From the NCBI GenBank assembly GCA_963835985.1, contig CAWIHV010000004.1, positions 22,952 through 86,951 of the forward strand: a stretch of DNA of 64,000 bases, read 5' to 3'. Shown piece after piece: positions 62,734-64,000 of this stretch. Position 1 is the first letter of the stretch, and every line of letters starts with the position of its first letter. The position numbers and the translations under genes were made by a program. The notes beneath the pieces were generated by a model. That model searched no databases. It saw only the letters and a program-made list of their open reading frames with translations, and was not told the DNA's origin. Source of the stretch: an uncultured Actinomycetes bacterium. GTDB taxonomy: Bacteria > Actinomycetota > Acidimicrobiia > IMCC26256 > DASPTH01.

Positions 62734-64000
62734 CTATCCGGGGACGCCCACCCGCTCCAGTTCGTCGCGCACCGCGCCCTCGACCGACGTCCCGTCGAAG
62801 AACGACGGGTTCGTCGTGGCCCACAGCGACACTGCGTGCTCGAAGGTGAGTGCCCGGAAGTCGGCGGCGGTGGCGTCGCCGTCCTCCACCAGCTCCCACG
62901 CTTCGGGGAGGACCTCGCGGATGTCGGGCACGTCCCAGTGGCCGATGTCGGACGCGAAGAGCGCCTTGAGCCGAGGGCCGCCCGTGCGGCGCGGGTCGAA
63001 CGCGAGCGCGGTCATGGGGTCGTCGGCCTCGCACCCGAAGTGGTACGCCCGGGTGAAGACGTCGCGGATGTCGTCGGCGTCGGTGATGCCGCACCGTGCG
63101 AACTCGTCGAGGGTCGCGGGATCCTCGTCGGGGAGGCTGAGCATGCGCAGGCCGTCGTCGAGCTGGTCGAGTCGCTCGCGGTAGCGCGCCGAGCCGTAGT
63201 CCTCGAACAGCGACACCACCTGCGCGCGATCGAGGAGCGCGGGGTTGTAGTGCTCGACCGCGTCGCGGTTGCGCTTCTCCCAGTGCCCGATGAGGTTGGA
63301 CAGCAGCGCCGCCGCCCACGCCACGCCGCCCTCCTGGAACGCGAACCGCAGCTGCGGGAAGCGATGCGGCACCCCGCCCATGAACAGCGACAGCGCGAGC
63401 ATCTCGCCGGCGATGGCGAACATCCCGATGTGGTTGAACACGTAGTTGGTGACCGACTGGCGGATCGTCCATCCCATCGCCGCGGTGTGGAACGTCGGCG
63501 ACACCCCGAGATCGACGCAGCGCTGCCACACGGGGTCGTAGTCGTACAGCGAGTCGAGTCCGAGCGAGTCGAGCCAGCGGGCCGAGCGCGACGGCGGGTC
63601 GACCCCGGGTGCCGGGCGGCTGATCGGCCCACCGAACATGAACGCCTTCAGGCCGAGCGTCTCCGGTTGCGTGGTCGAGCTCGGCGATCGCCTCCTCGGG
63701 TGTGTGCATCGGGATGATGCCGACGGGCGTGAGCGTCTCGCGGTGGTCACGGAACGCCTCGGCGTAGAAGGTGTTGAACGCGCGCGCCAGCGGCACCCGG
63801 ATCGCGGCGTCGTCGAGCGCCGCGGGCACCAGGCCGTAGGTCGGGTACAGCACCGCGTGGTCGATGCCGAGCTCGGGCAGCCGCGCCGCGAGGAGGTCGG
63901 GCAGGAGCGCGGTGCCACGGTCGAGCGTGTTGCGCGTCGGGCAGTCCCCACCACGACGTCCGGGTCGAGGCCGGCCGCGCGCATCTGCTCGGGCGAGAGG
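62734..64000 (-). CDS. Amidohydrolase-2 family protein, 5' end beyond window; one extra base near 63674 and possibly one missing at 63946-63949
   Basis: ORF 62720..63853 N-terminal part (LPELGIDHAVLYPTYGLVPAALDDAAIRVPLARAFNTFYAEAFRDHRETLTPVGIIPMHTPEEAIAELDHAT) joins ORF 62734..63984 as |ETLGLKAFMFGGPISRP...SDIGHWDVPD. Upstream, LSPEQMRAAGLDPDVVVG is in a third frame. Confidence 0.8.
   Translation of the reverse strand, partial: LSPEQMRAAGLDPDVVVGTARRATRSTVAPRSCPTSSRRGCPSSASTTRCCTRPTAWCPRRSTTPRSGCRWRARSTPSTPRRSVTTARRSRPSASSRCTHPRRRSPSSTTQPETLGLKAFMFGGPISRPAPGVDPPSRSARWLDSLGLDSLYDYDPVWQRCVDLGVSPTFHTAAMGWTIRQSVTNYVFNHIGMFAIAGEMLALSLFMGGVPHRFPQLRFAFQEGGVAWAAALLSNLIGHWEKRNRDAVEHYNPALLDRAQVVSLFEDYGSARYRERLDQLDDGLRMLSLPDEDPATLDEFARCGITDADDIRDVFTRAYHFGCEADDPMTALAFDPRRTGGPRLKALFASDIGHWDVPDIREVLPEAWELVEDGDATAADFRALTFEHAVSLWATTNPSFFDGTSVEGAVRDELERVGVPG

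Overview
The window is very GC-rich by eye (GC not computed) and densely coding. Its gene content and order look like an Actinomycetota chromosome, possibly Acidimicrobiia-like.

I support about 58 protein genes and one tRNA-Ala(GGC). I saw no rRNA, CRISPR array, transposase, integrase or phage genes.

Main blocks:
- Conserved housekeeping block at 5.4-23.8 kb, all on the minus strand except rpsT: era, CorC-like, ybeY, phoH, XRE regulator, rsmE, dnaJ, hrcA (with a CIRCE operator), hemW, lepA, divergent rpsT, holA, folP, comEC, comEA, leuS.
- CoA-ester / beta-oxidation-like cluster at 25.6-31.5 kb.
- lysS, a thiolase and mscL at 32-36.4 kb.
- Membrane and stress genes at 36.4-44.8 kb.
- Redox/hydrolase clusters at 46-49.7 kb and 58-64 kb.
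- A large cyclase-like/ATPase/TPR/LuxR regulator at 55.1-58.0 kb.

Observations worth a second look:
1. About 15 single-base indels break otherwise conserved genes, including leuS, lysS and era. This looks like assembly error rather than gene decay, and it creates misleading fused or split ORFs.
2. A small family of ~52-nt imperfect-palindromic intergenic elements (CGGCAAAG-N10/11-TGRCACG-N21-CTTTGG) shows apparently compensatory stem changes. Two direct copies bracket an AbiEi/DUF559 gene.
3. Two paralogous ~790-aa membrane proteins fuse an N-terminal TM domain, a predicted pseudokinase and a flippase-like (LPG-synthase-TM/UPF0104) domain. One sits next to a stand-alone flippase-like gene and an MFS transporter.

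Items 2 and 3 are my best candidates for something undescribed. Both are hypotheses from reading the sequence, not database-verified.
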